Below are positions 1-11,500 of a stretch of DNA of 32,000 nt, in pieces; position 1 is the stretch's first letter, and every line of letters starts with the position of its first letter. The stretch spans positions 390,001 through 422,000 of the forward strand of contig NC_000964.3 in assembly GCF_000009045.1 (NCBI RefSeq). Reading direction: 5' to 3'. The translations under genes and the position numbers were made by a program. Origin of the DNA: Bacillus subtilis subsp. subtilis str. 168 (lineage in GTDB: Bacteria > Bacillota > Bacilli > Bacillales > Bacillaceae). Under the pieces are notes generated by a model that was not told the origin of the DNA, made no database searches, and was given only the letters and a program-made list of their open reading frames with translations.

Positions 1-2
1 GC

Positions 3-3000
3 CCGACAGAAAACACGACGTTTTCAACCAGTTTTCTGATCGACCGCGAGTATGGCGGCTCTATCCCAATCGGGAAGCCGATCGGAAATTCCACTGCCTA
101 TATTATGGATGAGCAGCAATGCCTGCAGCCAATCGGCGCGCCTGGTGAGCTTTGCGTAGGCGGAATCGGTGTAGCGCGTGGGTATGTCAATCTCCCTGAG
201 CTGACGGAGAAGCAATTTCTGGAAGACCCGTTCAGACCGGGTGAGAGAATTTACCGCACTGGTGACTTGGCAAGATGGCTGCCGGACGGCAATATCGAAT
301 TTTTAGGCAGAATCGACAACCAAGTGAAGGTGCGCGGCTTCCGAATTGAGCTTGGCGAAATTGAAACAAAACTGAACATGGCTGAGCATGTGACAGAAGC
401 CGCGGTGATCATACGCAAGAACAAAGCAGACGAAAATGAAATTTGCGCGTACTTCACGGCGGATCGTGAAGTGGCTGTGAGTGAGCTGAGAAAAACACTG
501 TCTCAGTCTTTGCCTGACTATATGGTCCCTGCCCACCTGATTCAAATGGACAGCCTGCCGCTCACGCCAAACGGGAAAATCAACAAAAAGGAACTGCCTG
601 CACCGCAATCAGAAGCCGTGCAGCCGGAATACGCAGCACCAAAAACAGAGAGTGAAAAGAAATTAGCGGAGATCTGGGAAGGAATACTCGGCGTCAAAGC
701 AGGCGTTACCGATAACTTCTTTATGATCGGCGGCCATTCTTTGAAAGCGATGATGATGACGGCGAAAATTCAAGAGCATTTTCATAAGGAAGTTCCGATA
801 AAAGTGCTTTTTGAAAAGCCGACTATTCAAGAACTGGCACTGTATTTGGAAGAGAACGAAAGCAAGGAGGAGCAGACGTTTGAACCGATCAGGCAAGCAT
901 CTTATCAGCAGCATTATCCTGTATCCCCGGCCCAGCGGAGAATGTATATCCTCAATCAGCTTGGACAAGCAAACACAAGCTACAACGTCCCCGCTGTACT
1001 TCTGCTGGAGGGAGAAGTAGATAAAGACCGGCTTGAAAACGCGATTCAGCAATTAATCAACCGGCACGAAATCCTCCGTACATCGTTTGACATGATCGAC
1101 GGAGAGGTTGTGCAAACCGTTCATAAAAACATATCGTTCCAGCTGGAGGCTGCCAAGGGACGGGAAGAAGACGCGGAAGAGATAATCAAAGCATTTGTTC
1201 AGCCGTTTGAATTAAACCGCGCGCCGCTCGTCCGTTCGAAGCTTGTCCAGCTGGAAGAAAAACGCCACCTGCTGCTCATTGATATGCATCATATTATTAC
1301 TGACGGAAGTTCAACAGGCATTCTAATCGGTGATCTTGCCAAAATATATCAAGGCGCAGATCTGGAACTGCCACAAATTCACTATAAAGATTACGCAGTT
1401 TGGCACAAAGAACAAACTAATTATCAAAAAGATGAGGAATACTGGCTCGATGTCTTTAAAGGCGAACTGCCAATACTGGATCTTCCCGCGGATTTCGAGC
1501 GGCCAGCTGAACGGAGCTTTGCGGGAGAGCGCGTGATGTTTGGGCTTGATAAGCAAATCACGGCTCAAATCAAATCGCTCATGGCAGAAACAGATACGAC
1601 AATGTACATGTTTTTGCTGGCGGCGTTCAATGTACTCCTTTCCAAGTACGCGTCACAGGATGATATCATTGTCGGCTCGCCGACAGCTGGCAGAACACAT
1701 CCTGATCTGCAAGGTGTGCCGGGTATGTTTGTCAACACGGTGGCACTCAGAACGGCACCAGCGGGAGATAAAACCTTCGCGCAATTCCTTGAAGAGGTCA
1801 AAACAGCCAGCCTTCAAGCATTCGAGCACCAGAGCTATCCGCTTGAGGAGCTGATTGAAAAGCTTCCGCTTACAAGGGATACAAGCAGAAGTCCGCTGTT
1901 CAGCGTGATGTTCAACATGCAGAATATGGAGATTCCTTCATTAAGATTAGGAGATTTGAAGATTTCCTCGTATTCCATGCTTCATCATGTTGCGAAATTT
2001 GATCTTTCCTTGGAAGCGGTCGAGCGTGAAGAGGATATCGGCCTAAGCTTTGACTATGCGACTGCCTTGTTTAAGGACGAGACGATCCGCCGCTGGAGCC
2101 GCCACTTTGTCAATATCATCAAAGCGGCCGCGGCTAATCCGAACGTTCGGCTGTCTGATGTAGATCTGCTTTCATCTGCAGAAACGGCTGCTTTGCTAGA
2201 AGAAAGACATATGACTCAAATTACCGAAGCAACCTTTGCAGCACTTTTTGAAAAACAGGCCCAGCAAACACCTGACCATTCTGCGGTGAAGGCTGGCGGA
2301 AATCTGTTGACCTATCGCGAGCTTGATGAACAGGCGAACCAGCTGGCGCATCATCTTCGTGCCCAAGGGGCAGGAAATGAAGACATCGTCGCGATTGTTA
2401 TGGACCGGTCAGCTGAAGTCATGGTATCCATTCTCGGTGTCATGAAGGCGGGGGCAGCTTTCCTTCCGATTGATCCTGATACACCTGAAGAACGAATCCG
2501 TTATTCATTAGAGGACAGCGGAGCAAAATTTGCGGTCGTGAATGAAAGAAACATGACGGCTATTGGGCAATATGAAGGGATAATTGTCAGCCTTGATGAC
2601 GGTAAATGGAGAAATGAAAGCAAGGAGCGCCCATCATCCATTTCCGGGTCTCGCAATCTTGCATACGTCATTTATACGTCCGGTACGACCGGAAAGCCAA
2701 AGGGCGTGCAGATTGAGCATCGTAATCTGACAAACTATGTCTCTTGGTTTAGTGAAGAGGCGGGCCTGACGGAAAATGATAAGACTGTATTGCTTTCATC
2801 TTACGCATTTGACCTTGGCTATACGAGCATGTTCCCTGTACTTCTGGGCGGGGGCGAGCTCCATATCGTCCAGAAGGAAACCTATACGGCGCCGGATGAA
2901 ATAGCGCACTATATCAAGGAGCATGGGATCACTTATATCAAGCTGACACCGTCTCTGTTCCATACAATAGTGAACACCGCCAGTTTTGCAAAAGATGCGA

Positions 3001-6000
3001 ACTTTGAATCCTTGCGCTTGATCGTCTTGGGAGGAGAAAAAATCATCCCGACTGATGTTATCGCCTTCCGTAAGATGTATGGACATACCGAATTTATCAA
3101 TCACTACGGCCCGACAGAAGCAACGATCGGCGCCATCGCCGGGCGGGTTGATCTGTATGAGCCGGATGCATTTGCGAAACGCCCGACAATCGGACGCCCG
3201 ATTGCGAATGCCGGTGCGCTTGTCTTAAATGAAGCATTGAAGCTTGTGCCGCCTGGAGCGAGCGGACAGCTCTATATCACGGGACAGGGGCTCGCGAGAG
3301 GGTATCTCAACAGGCCTCAGCTGACAGCCGAGAGATTTGTAGAAAATCCATATTCGCCGGGAAGCCTCATGTACAAAACCGGAGATGTCGTACGAAGACT
3401 TTCTGACGGTACGCTTGCATTTATCGGCCGGGCTGATGATCAGGTGAAAATCCGAGGCTACCGCATTGAGCCGAAAGAAATTGAAACGGTCATGCTCAGC
3501 CTCAGCGGAATTCAAGAAGCGGTTGTACTAGCGGTTTCCGAGGGCGGTCTTCAAGAGCTTTGCGCGTATTATACGTCGGATCAAGATATTGAAAAAGCAG
3601 AGCTCCGGTACCAGCTTTCCCTAACACTGCCGTCTCATATGATTCCTGCTTTCTTTGTGCAGGTTGACGCGATTCCGCTGACGGCAAACGGAAAAACCGA
3701 CAGAAACGCTCTGCCGAAGCCTAACGCGGCACAATCCGGAGGCAAGGCCTTGGCCGCACCGGAGACAGCGCTTGAAGAAAGTTTATGCCGCATTTGGCAG
3801 AAAACGCTTGGCATAGAAGCCATCGGCATTGATGACAATTTTTTCGATTTAGGCGGCCATTCATTAAAAGGGATGATGCTGATTGCCAACATTCAGGCGG
3901 AATTGGAGAAAAGCGTACCGCTTAAAGCACTGTTCGAGCAGCCGACAGTTCGCCAGCTGGCGGCTTATATGGAGGCGTCTGCTGTTTCAGGCGGCCATCA
4001 AGTACTCAAACCGGCTGACAAGCAGGATATGTATCCATTGTCATCCGCACAGAAACGAATGTACGTGCTCAATCAGCTTGACCGCCAGACGATAAGCTAC
4101 AACATGCCATCTGTTCTTCTAATGGAAGGAGAGCTTGATATTTCGCGCCTGCGCGACTCACTCAATCAGCTTGTGAACCGTCACGAATCATTGCGGACGT
4201 CATTTATGGAAGCTAATGGTGAGCCTGTTCAGCGCATCATTGAGAAGGCGGAGGTTGATCTTCATGTGTTTGAAGCCAAAGAAGACGAAGCGGACCAAAA
4301 GATTAAGGAATTTATCCGGCCATTCGACTTAAACGACGCACCGCTCATTCGCGCAGCTTTGCTTCGAATAGAAGCGAAAAAACATTTGCTGCTTTTAGAT
4401 ATGCATCATATCATCGCAGACGGCGTCTCAAGAGGCATCTTTGTAAAAGAATTGGCGCTGCTTTACAAAGGAGAGCAGCTTCCGGAGCCGACGCTTCATT
4501 ATAAAGATTTCGCCGTTTGGCAAAATGAAGCTGAGCAAAAAGAACGGATGAAGGAGCATGAGGCGTACTGGATGTCAGTTCTTTCAGGCGAGCTGCCAGA
4601 GCTTGATCTCCCGCTCGATTATGCCCGTCCGCCTGTGCAAAGCTTTAAAGGAGATACGATCCGTTTCCGTACGGGAAGTGAGACGGCAAAGGCGGTAGAA
4701 AAACTGCTTGCCGAAACCGGAACGACCTTGCACATGGTGCTCCATGCTGTTTTCCACGTCTTTTTAAGCAAAATTTCCGGACAGCGGGATATCGTCATCG
4801 GCTCCGTTACTGCCGGCCGGACGAATGCTGATGTTCAGGACATGCCGGGAATGTTCGTCAATACACTTGCCCTGAGAATGGAAGCGAAAGAACAGCAAAC
4901 ATTTGCGGAGCTTTTGGAGCTAGCAAAGCAGACGAACCTGTCAGCCCTTGAGCATCAGGAGTATCCGTTTGAAGATCTGGTTAATCAGCTTGATCTCCCT
5001 CGGGATATGAGCCGAAACCCATTGTTTAATGTGATGGTGACGACAGAAAACCCTGATAAAGAACAGCTTACATTGCAAAATCTGAGCATTTCACCTTATG
5101 AGGCTCATCAGGGAACTTCTAAGTTTGATCTGACACTGGGCGGATTTACTGATGAAAATGGCATTGGCTTGCAGCTCGAATATGCGACAGATCTGTTCGC
5201 AAAAGAAACAGCTGAAAAATGGAGCGAATACGTTCTGCGGCTACTAAAGGCTGTTGCGGATAACCCGAACCAGCCGCTTTCCAGTCTGTTACTGGTCACC
5301 GAGACAGAAAAGCAAGCGCTTCTTGAGGCATGGAAGGGCAAAGCGCTGCCTGTGCCGACAGACAAAACGGTTCATCAGCTATTCGAAGAGACTGTCCAGC
5401 GCCACAAAGACCGCCCGGCTGTCACATACAACGGCCAATCTTGGACGTACGGCGAGCTGAACGCGAAGGCAAACCGCCTCGCCCGGATTCTGATGGACTG
5501 CGGCATCAGCCCGGATGACCGCGTCGGCGTTCTCACGAAGCCGTCGCTTGAAATGTCCGCCGCGGTGCTCGGCGTCTTGAAAGCCGGAGCGGCGTTTGTG
5601 CCGATTGATCCTGACTACCCGGATCAGCGGATTGAGTATATTTTACAGGACAGCGGCGCGAAGCTTCTCTTGAAACAGGAAGGCATTTCAGTGCCGGACA
5701 GCTATACGGGAGATGTCATTCTTCTCGACGGAAGCCGCACGATTCTAAGCCTGCCGCTTGATGAAAACGACGAGGGAAATCCAGAAACCGCTGTAACCGC
5801 GGAGAACTTGGCGTACATGATTTACACGTCTGGAACGACCGGACAGCCGAAGGGTGTCATGGTCGAGCACCATGCGCTTGTGAACCTGTGCTTCTGGCAC
5901 CACGACGCGTTCAGCATGACAGCGGAGGACCGCAGTGCGAAGTACGCGGGCTTCGGGTTCGACGCTTCCATTTGGGAGATGTTCCCGACCTGGACGATCG

Positions 6001-8495
6001 GCGCTGAACTTCACGTCATTGATGAAGCGATCCGCCTCGATATCGTCCGCCTGAACGATTATTTTGAAACGAACGGCGTAACGATCACGTTCCTGCCGAC
6101 ACAGCTTGCGGAACAGTTCATGGAGCTTGAGAACACATCACTTCGCGTCCTCTTGACCGGAGGAGACAAGCTGAAGCGGGCAGTGAAAAAGCCGTACACA
6201 CTCGTCAACAACTACGGGCCGACAGAAAATACGGTCGTTGCCACAAGCGCAGAAATCCATCCGGAGGAAGGCTCGCTTTCCATCGGACGGGCCATTGCCA
6301 ATACGAGAGTATACATTCTCGGCGAGGGCAATCAGGTGCAGCCGGAAGGCGTAGCCGGAGAGCTTTGCGTGGCGGGGCGCGGACTGGCACGAGGCTATCT
6401 GAATCGAGAAGACGAAACCGCGAAGCGGTTTGTCGCTGATCCGTTTGTGCCGGGTGAACGCATGTACCGCACCGGCGACTTGGTGAAGTGGGTGAACGGC
6501 GGCATCGAATACATCGGCCGGATCGACCAGCAGGTCAAGGTCCGCGGCTACCGGATCGAGCTCTCAGAAATTGAAGTCCAGCTCGCCCAGCTTTCTGAGG
6601 TGCAGGATGCGGCGGTGACAGCTGTCAAAGATAAAGGCGGCAATACAGCGATCGCGGCGTATGTCACACCGGAAACAGCTGACATAGAAGCACTAAAATC
6701 AACACTAAAGGAAACCCTGCCGGATTACATGATCCCGGCGTTCTGGGTGACGCTGAACGAGCTTCCGGTTACGGCAAACGGCAAAGTCGACCGCAAAGCC
6801 TTGCCTGAGCCGGACATCGAAGCGGGAAGCGGAGAATACAAAGCGCCGACGACCGACATGGAAGAGCTGCTTGCCGGCATCTGGCAGGACGTGCTTGGAA
6901 TGTCTGAAGTCGGTGTCACCGACAATTTCTTCTCGCTTGGCGGAGATTCCATCAAAGGAATTCAAATGGCGAGCCGCTTGAATCAGCACGGCTGGAAGCT
7001 GGAAATGAAAGATCTCTTCCAGCATCCGACGATCGAAGAGCTCACCCAGTACGTAGAGCGTGCCGAAGGCAAACAGGCAGACCAAGGCCCGGTGGAGGGC
7101 GAAGTCATCCTGACGCCGATCCAGCGCTGGTTCTTTGAAAAGAACTTCACGAACAAGCACCACTGGAACCAATCGGTGATGCTTCACGCCAAAAAGGGCT
7201 TTGATCCTGAACGGGTGGAGAAAACATTGCAGGCGCTGATCGAGCATCATGACGCGCTCCGCATGGTCTACCGCGAGGAAAACGGGGACATCGTTCAGGT
7301 GTATAAACCGATCGGTGAGAGCAAGGTCAGCTTCGAAATCGTGGATCTGTACGGCTCCGATGAAGAGATGCTGAGAAGCCAGATTAAGCTTCTCGCGAAC
7401 AAGCTGCAAAGCAGTCTCGATCTGCGAAACGGGCCGCTTTTAAAGGCGGAGCAATATCGCACAGAAGCTGGGGATCACCTGCTCATTGCTGTACACCATC
7501 TCGTGGTCGACGGTGTGTCATGGCGGATTTTGCTTGAAGACTTTGCTTCAGGCTACATGCAGGCTGAGAAAGAAGAGAGCCTTGTCTTCCCGCAAAAAAC
7601 AAACTCCTTCAAGGATTGGGCGGAAGAACTGGCGGCATTCAGCCAATCAGCGCATCTTTTACAGCAGGCTGAATACTGGTCGCAAATTGCCGCTGAACAG
7701 GTTTCTCCTTTACCTAAGGATTGTGAAACAGAGCAGCGGATCGTCAAGGATACATCATCTGTCCTATGTGAATTAACGGCAGAAGACACTAAGCATCTTT
7801 TAACAGATGTTCATCAGCCATATGGAACTGAAATCAACGATATTCTTCTCAGCGCGCTCGGTTTGACAATGAAAGAATGGACAAAGGGGGCCAAAATTGG
7901 CATTAACCTTGAGGGACACGGCCGGGAGGACATTATCCCGAATGTGAATATCTCCAGAACGGTCGGCTGGTTTACGGCACAATACCCTGTTGTGCTCGAC
8001 ATATCTGACGCAGATGCCTCAGCTGTGATCAAAACAGTCAAAGAAAACCTGCGCCGCATTCCGGACAAAGGTGTTGGCTACGGCATTCTTCGTTATTTCA
8101 CAGAAACAGCGGAAACAAAGGGCTTCACACCGGAGATCAGCTTCAACTATTTGGGCCAATTCGACAGTGAAGTCAAAACCGATTTCTTTGAACCGTCCGC
8201 TTTCGATATGGGGCGCCAAGTAAGCGGAGAATCAGAGGCGCTGTACGCATTAAGCTTCAGCGGCATGATCAGAAACGGCCGGTTTGTGCTTTCCTGCTCC
8301 TACAATGAGAAGGAGTTTGAAAGAGCTACAGTCGAGGAGCAAATGGAACGGTTTAAAGAAAACCTCCTGATGCTAATCCGCCATTGCACGGAAAAAGAAG
8401 ACAAGGAATTCACACCAAGCGACTTCAGCGCCGAAGACCTTGAAATGGACGAGATGGGAGATATCTTTGACATGCTTGAGGAGAATTTAAAATAA
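3..8495 (+). CDS. srfAB: Surfactin synthetase subunit 2 (NRPS), 5'-truncated by the window edge; end of A4(Val)-T4, C5-A5(Asp)-T5, C6-A6(Leu)-T6-E
   Basis: The open frame continues upstream of the track's ATG at 105 to base 3 (PTENTTFSTSFLIDREYGG...). T motifs GGHSLKA (~730), GGHSLKG (~3860) and GGDSIKG (~6945). C-domain motifs MHHIITDG and MHHIIADG. A-domain SGTTGKPKG and SGTTGQPKG. C-terminal epimerization domain (HHLVVDGVSWRIL, near 7494). Confidence 0.97.
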   Translation, partial: PTENTTFSTSFLIDREYGGSIPIGKPIGNSTAYIMDEQQCLQPIGAPGELCVGGIGVARGYVNLPELTEKQFLEDPFRPGERIYRTGDLARWLPDGNIEFLGRIDNQVKVRGFRIELGEIETKLNMAEHVTEAAVIIRKNKADENEICAYFTADREVAVSELRKTLSQSLPDYMVPAHLIQMDSLPLTPNGKINKKELPAPQSEAVQPEYAAPKTESEKKLAEIWEGILGVKAGVTDNFFMIGGHSLKAMMMTAKIQEHFHKEVPIKVLFEKPTIQELALYLEENESKEEQTFEPIRQASYQQHYPVSPAQRRMYILNQLGQANTSYNVPAVLLLEGEVDKDRLENAIQQLINRHEILRTSFDMIDGEVVQTVHKNISFQLEAAKGREEDAEEIIKAFVQPFELNRAPLVRSKLVQLEEKRHLLLIDMHHIITDGSSTGILIGDLAKIYQGADLELPQIHYKDYAVWHKEQTNYQKDEEYWLDVFKGELPILDLPADFERPAERSFAGERVMFGLDKQITAQIKSLMAETDTTMYMFLLAAFNVLLSKYASQDDIIVGSPTAGRTHPDLQGVPGMFVNTVALRTAPAGDKTFAQFLEEVKTASLQAFEHQSYPLEELIEKLPLTRDTSRSPLFSVMFNMQNMEIPSLRLGDLKISSYSMLHHVAKFDLSLEAVEREEDIGLSFDYATALFKDETIRRWSRHFVNIIKAAAANPNVRLSDVDLLSSAETAALLEERHMTQITEATFAALFEKQAQQTPDHSAVKAGGNLLTYRELDEQANQLAHHLRAQGAGNEDIVAIVMDRSAEVMVSILGVMKAGAAFLPIDPDTPEERIRYSLEDSGAKFAVVNERNMTAIGQYEGIIVSLDDGKWRNESKERPSSISGSRNLAYVIYTSGTTGKPKGVQIEHRNLTNYVSWFSEEAGLTENDKTVLLSSYAFDLGYTSMFPVLLGGGELHIVQKETYTAPDEIAHYIKEHGITYIKLTPSLFHTIVNTASFAKDANFESLRLIVLGGEKIIPTDVIAFRKMYGHTEFINHYGPTEATIGAIAGRVDLYEPDAFAKRPTIGRPIANAGALVLNEALKLVPPGASGQLYITGQGLARGYLNRPQLTAERFVENPYSPGSLMYKTGDVVRRLSDGTLAFIGRADDQVKIRGYRIEPKEIETVMLSLSGIQEAVVLAVSEGGLQELCAYYTSDQDIEKAELRYQLSLTLPSHMIPAFFVQVDAIPLTANGKTDRNALPKPNAAQSGGKALAAPETALEESLCRIWQKTLGIEAIGIDDNFFDLGGHSLKGMMLIANIQAELEKSVPLKALFEQPTVRQLAAYMEASAVSGGHQVLKPADKQDMYPLSSAQKRMYVLNQLDRQTISYNMPSVLLMEGELDISRLRDSLNQLVNRHESLRTSFMEANGEPVQRIIEKAEVDLHVFEAKEDEADQKIKEFIRPFDLNDAPLIRAALLRIEAKKHLLLLDMHHIIADGVSRGIFVKELALLYKGEQLPEPTLHYKDFAVWQNEAEQKERMKEHEAYWMSVLSGELPELDLPLDYARPPVQSFKGDTIRFRTGSETAKAVEKLLAETGTTLHMVLHAVFHVFLSKISGQRDIVIGSVTAGRTNADVQDMPGMFVNTLALRMEAKEQQTFAELLELAKQTNLSALEHQEYPFEDLVNQLDLPRDMSRNPLFNVMVTTENPDKEQLTLQNLSISPYEAHQGTSKFDLTLGGFTDENGIGLQLEYATDLFAKETAEKWSEYVLRLLKAVADNPNQPLSSLLLVTETEKQALLEAWKGKALPVPTDKTVHQLFEETVQRHKDRPAVTYNGQSWTYGELNAKANRLARILMDCGISPDDRVGVLTKPSLEMSAAVLGVLKAGAAFVPIDPDYPDQRIEYILQDSGAKLLLKQEGISVPDSYTGDVILLDGSRTILSLPLDENDEGNPETAVTAENLAYMIYTSGTTGQPKGVMVEHHALVNLCFWHHDAFSMTAEDRSAKYAGFGFDASIWEMFPTWTIGAELHVIDEAIRLDIVRLNDYFETNGVTITFLPTQLAEQFMELENTSLRVLLTGGDKLKRAVKKPYTLVNNYGPTENTVVATSAEIHPEEGSLSIGRAIANTRVYILGEGNQVQPEGVAGELCVAGRGLARGYLNREDETAKRFVADPFVPGERMYRTGDLVKWVNGGIEYIGRIDQQVKVRGYRIELSEIEVQLAQLSEVQDAAVTAVKDKGGNTAIAAYVTPETADIEALKSTLKETLPDYMIPAFWVTLNELPVTANGKVDRKALPEPDIEAGSGEYKAPTTDMEELLAGIWQDVLGMSEVGVTDNFFSLGGDSIKGIQMASRLNQHGWKLEMKDLFQHPTIEELTQYVERAEGKQADQGPVEGEVILTPIQRWFFEKNFTNKHHWNQSVMLHAKKGFDPERVEKTLQALIEHHDALRMVYREENGDIVQVYKPIGESKVSFEIVDLYGSDEEMLRSQIKLLANKLQSSLDLRNGPLLKAEQYRTEAGDHLLIAVHHLVVDGVSWRILLEDFASGYMQAEKEESLVFPQKTNSFKDWAEELAAFSQSAHLLQQAEYWSQIAAEQVSPLPKDCETEQRIVKDTSSVLCELTAEDTKHLLTDVHQPYGTEINDILLSALGLTMKEWTKGAKIGINLEGHGREDIIPNVNISRTVGWFTAQYPVVLDISDADASAVIKTVKENLRRIPDKGVGYGILRYFTETAETKGFTPEISFNYLGQFDSEVKTDFFEPSAFDMGRQVSGESEALYALSFSGMIRNGRFVLSCSYNEKEFERATVEEQMERFKENLLMLIRHCTEKEDKEFTPSDFSAEDLEMDEMGDIFDMLEENLK
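880..1020 (+). CDS. comS: ComS competence regulator (46 aa), encoded out of frame inside srfAB
   Basis: Part of the provided ORF 811..1020. Starting at TTG 880 gives (M)NRSGKHLISSIILYPRPSGECISSISLDKQTQATTSPLYFCWREK, exactly 46 aa, matching recalled ComS. AAGGAGG (864-870) lies 9 nt upstream. Confidence 0.95.
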   Translation: MNRSGKHLISSIILYPRPSGECISSISLDKQTQATTSPLYFCWREK

Positions 8496-8531
8496 AACGC
8501 AAGGGAATTACAGAAGGCGGGAGCGAAACAT

Positions 8532-11500
8532 ATGAGTCAATTTAGCAAGGATCAGGTTCAAGATATGTATTACCTATCGCCGATGCAGGAAGGGATGCTT
8601 TTTCATGCCATCCTGAATCCCGGCCAAAGCTTTTACCTTGAACAAATCACGATGAAAGTAAAAGGCAGCTTGAATATCAAATGTCTTGAAGAAAGCATGA
8701 ATGTGATCATGGACCGGTACGATGTATTTCGTACCGTGTTCATTCACGAAAAAGTAAAAAGGCCTGTCCAAGTCGTATTGAAAAAACGGCAGTTCCATAT
8801 AGAAGAAATCGATCTGACACACTTAACGGGCAGCGAGCAAACAGCCAAAATCAATGAGTACAAAGAACAGGATAAGATCAGGGGTTTTGATTTGACGCGG
8901 GATATTCCGATGCGGGCAGCCATTTTCAAGAAAGCTGAAGAAAGCTTTGAATGGGTGTGGAGCTACCACCACATTATTTTGGACGGATGGTGCTTCGGCA
9001 TCGTCGTACAGGATCTATTTAAGGTATACAATGCTCTGCGCGAACAAAAGCCGTACAGCCTGCCGCCCGTCAAACCGTATAAAGACTACATCAAGTGGCT
9101 TGAAAAGCAGGATAAACAAGCATCACTGCGTTACTGGCGCGAATATTTAGAGGGCTTTGAAGGACAAACGACGTTTGCGGAGCAAAGAAAGAAACAAAAG
9201 GACGGCTATGAGCCGAAAGAGCTGCTCTTTTCACTGTCGGAGGCGGAAACAAAGGCCTTTACCGAGCTTGCAAAATCGCAGCATACCACTTTGAGTACGG
9301 CGCTGCAGGCAGTCTGGAGCGTATTGATCAGCCGCTATCAGCAGTCTGGCGATTTGGCCTTCGGTACAGTTGTTTCAGGGCGTCCCGCGGAAATCAAAGG
9401 CGTTGAACATATGGTCGGGCTGTTTATCAACGTTGTCCCGAGACGTGTGAAGCTGTCTGAGGGTATCACATTTAACGGCTTGCTCAAGCGGCTGCAGGAG
9501 CAATCGCTGCAGTCCGAGCCGCATCAATATGTGCCGCTTTATGACATCCAAAGCCAGGCCGATCAGCCGAAACTGATTGACCACATCATTGTTTTTGAGA
9601 ACTATCCGCTTCAGGATGCGAAAAATGAAGAAAGCAGTGAAAACGGCTTTGATATGGTGGATGTTCATGTTTTTGAGAAGTCGAATTATGATCTCAACCT
9701 GATGGCTTCCCCGGGAGATGAGATGCTGATTAAGCTTGCCTATAATGAGAATGTGTTTGATGAGGCGTTTATCCTGCGCTTGAAATCTCAGCTTCTTACA
9801 GCAATTCAGCAGCTCATCCAGAATCCTGATCAGCCTGTCAGCACGATCAACCTCGTTGACGACAGGGAGAGAGAATTTTTGCTAACCGGCTTAAACCCGC
9901 CGGCTCAAGCTCATGAAACAAAGCCTCTGACGTATTGGTTCAAGGAAGCAGTGAACGCCAATCCGGATGCACCGGCGCTTACGTATTCCGGCCAGACCCT
10001 GTCTTATCGCGAATTAGATGAGGAAGCGAACCGCATTGCACGCCGGCTGCAAAAACACGGTGCGGGCAAAGGCTCTGTTGTAGCGCTGTACACGAAGCGC
10101 TCACTTGAACTGGTGATCGGCATTCTCGGTGTATTAAAGGCGGGAGCAGCCTATCTGCCGGTTGATCCGAAGCTGCCAGAGGACCGAATCTCGTATATGC
10201 TGGCTGACAGTGCGGCAGCCTGTCTTCTGACGCATCAGGAGATGAAAGAACAAGCGGCTGAGCTGCCGTATACAGGCACAACGCTCTTCATTGATGATCA
10301 AACACGGTTTGAAGAACAGGCAAGCGATCCTGCAACCGCGATTGATCCTAATGATCCGGCATATATCATGTACACGTCCGGCACAACCGGAAAGCCAAAG
10401 GGCAATATCACCACTCATGCCAATATTCAAGGATTGGTCAAGCATGTAGACTACATGGCATTTTCTGATCAGGATACGTTCTTGTCTGTTTCGAATTACG
10501 CCTTTGATGCATTTACCTTTGATTTCTATGCTTCTATGCTGAATGCGGCACGGCTCATTATCGCAGATGAACATACGCTGCTTGATACAGAACGGCTCAC
10601 AGATCTGATCCTGCAAGAGAATGTCAATGTCATGTTTGCGACAACCGCACTATTTAATCTTCTCACAGATGCGGGAGAGGATTGGATGAAGGGGCTTCGC
10701 TGTATATTATTCGGCGGAGAGCGCGCGTCAGTGCCTCATGTCAGAAAAGCGCTGCGGATCATGGGGCCGGGCAAGCTGATTAACTGCTACGGGCCGACTG
10801 AGGGAACAGTGTTTGCGACAGCTCACGTCGTGCATGATCTGCCGGATTCCATCTCCTCATTGCCGATCGGAAAGCCGATCAGCAATGCCAGTGTTTATAT
10901 TCTGAATGAGCAAAGCCAGCTCCAGCCATTCGGGGCGGTCGGTGAACTGTGCATCAGCGGAATGGGCGTGTCAAAAGGGTATGTAAATCGTGCTGACCTC
11001 ACGAAGGAAAAGTTTATCGAGAACCCGTTCAAGCCGGGAGAAACGCTTTACCGTACAGGGGATTTAGCGCGCTGGCTGCCGGATGGAACGATTGAATACG
11101 CCGGCCGTATTGACGACCAGGTCAAAATACGCGGACACCGGATTGAGCTTGAAGAAATCGAAAAGCAGCTGCAGGAATACCCAGGTGTGAAAGATGCGGT
11201 CGTTGTGGCGGACCGCCATGAGTCTGGCGATGCATCAATCAATGCCTACCTTGTGAACCGAACGCAGCTTTCAGCTGAAGACGTGAAGGCGCACCTGAAA
11301 AAACAGCTTCCTGCTTACATGGTGCCGCAAACCTTTACCTTCTTGGATGAGCTTCCTTTAACGACGAACGGGAAAGTCAATAAACGGCTGCTCCCAAAAC
11401 CTGATCAGGATCAGCTGGCGGAAGAATGGATTGGACCGCGGAACGAGATGGAAGAAACAATCGCACAAATATGGTCTGAGGTTCTCGGCAGAAAGCAAAT

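Noticed and set aside
811-879. Upstream 23-codon extension of the comS-containing ORF
   Set aside because: The Shine-Dalgarno at 864-870 and the known 46-aa ComS place the start at TTG 880; the longer track start is not supported.
6705-7409. 234-aa ORF on the minus strand inside srfAB (also 10134..10616 and other antisense ORFs in srfAB/srfAC)
   Set aside because: These oppose well-supported NRPS coding sequence, lie partly in a G+C-rich block with few stops, and show no recognisable domain.
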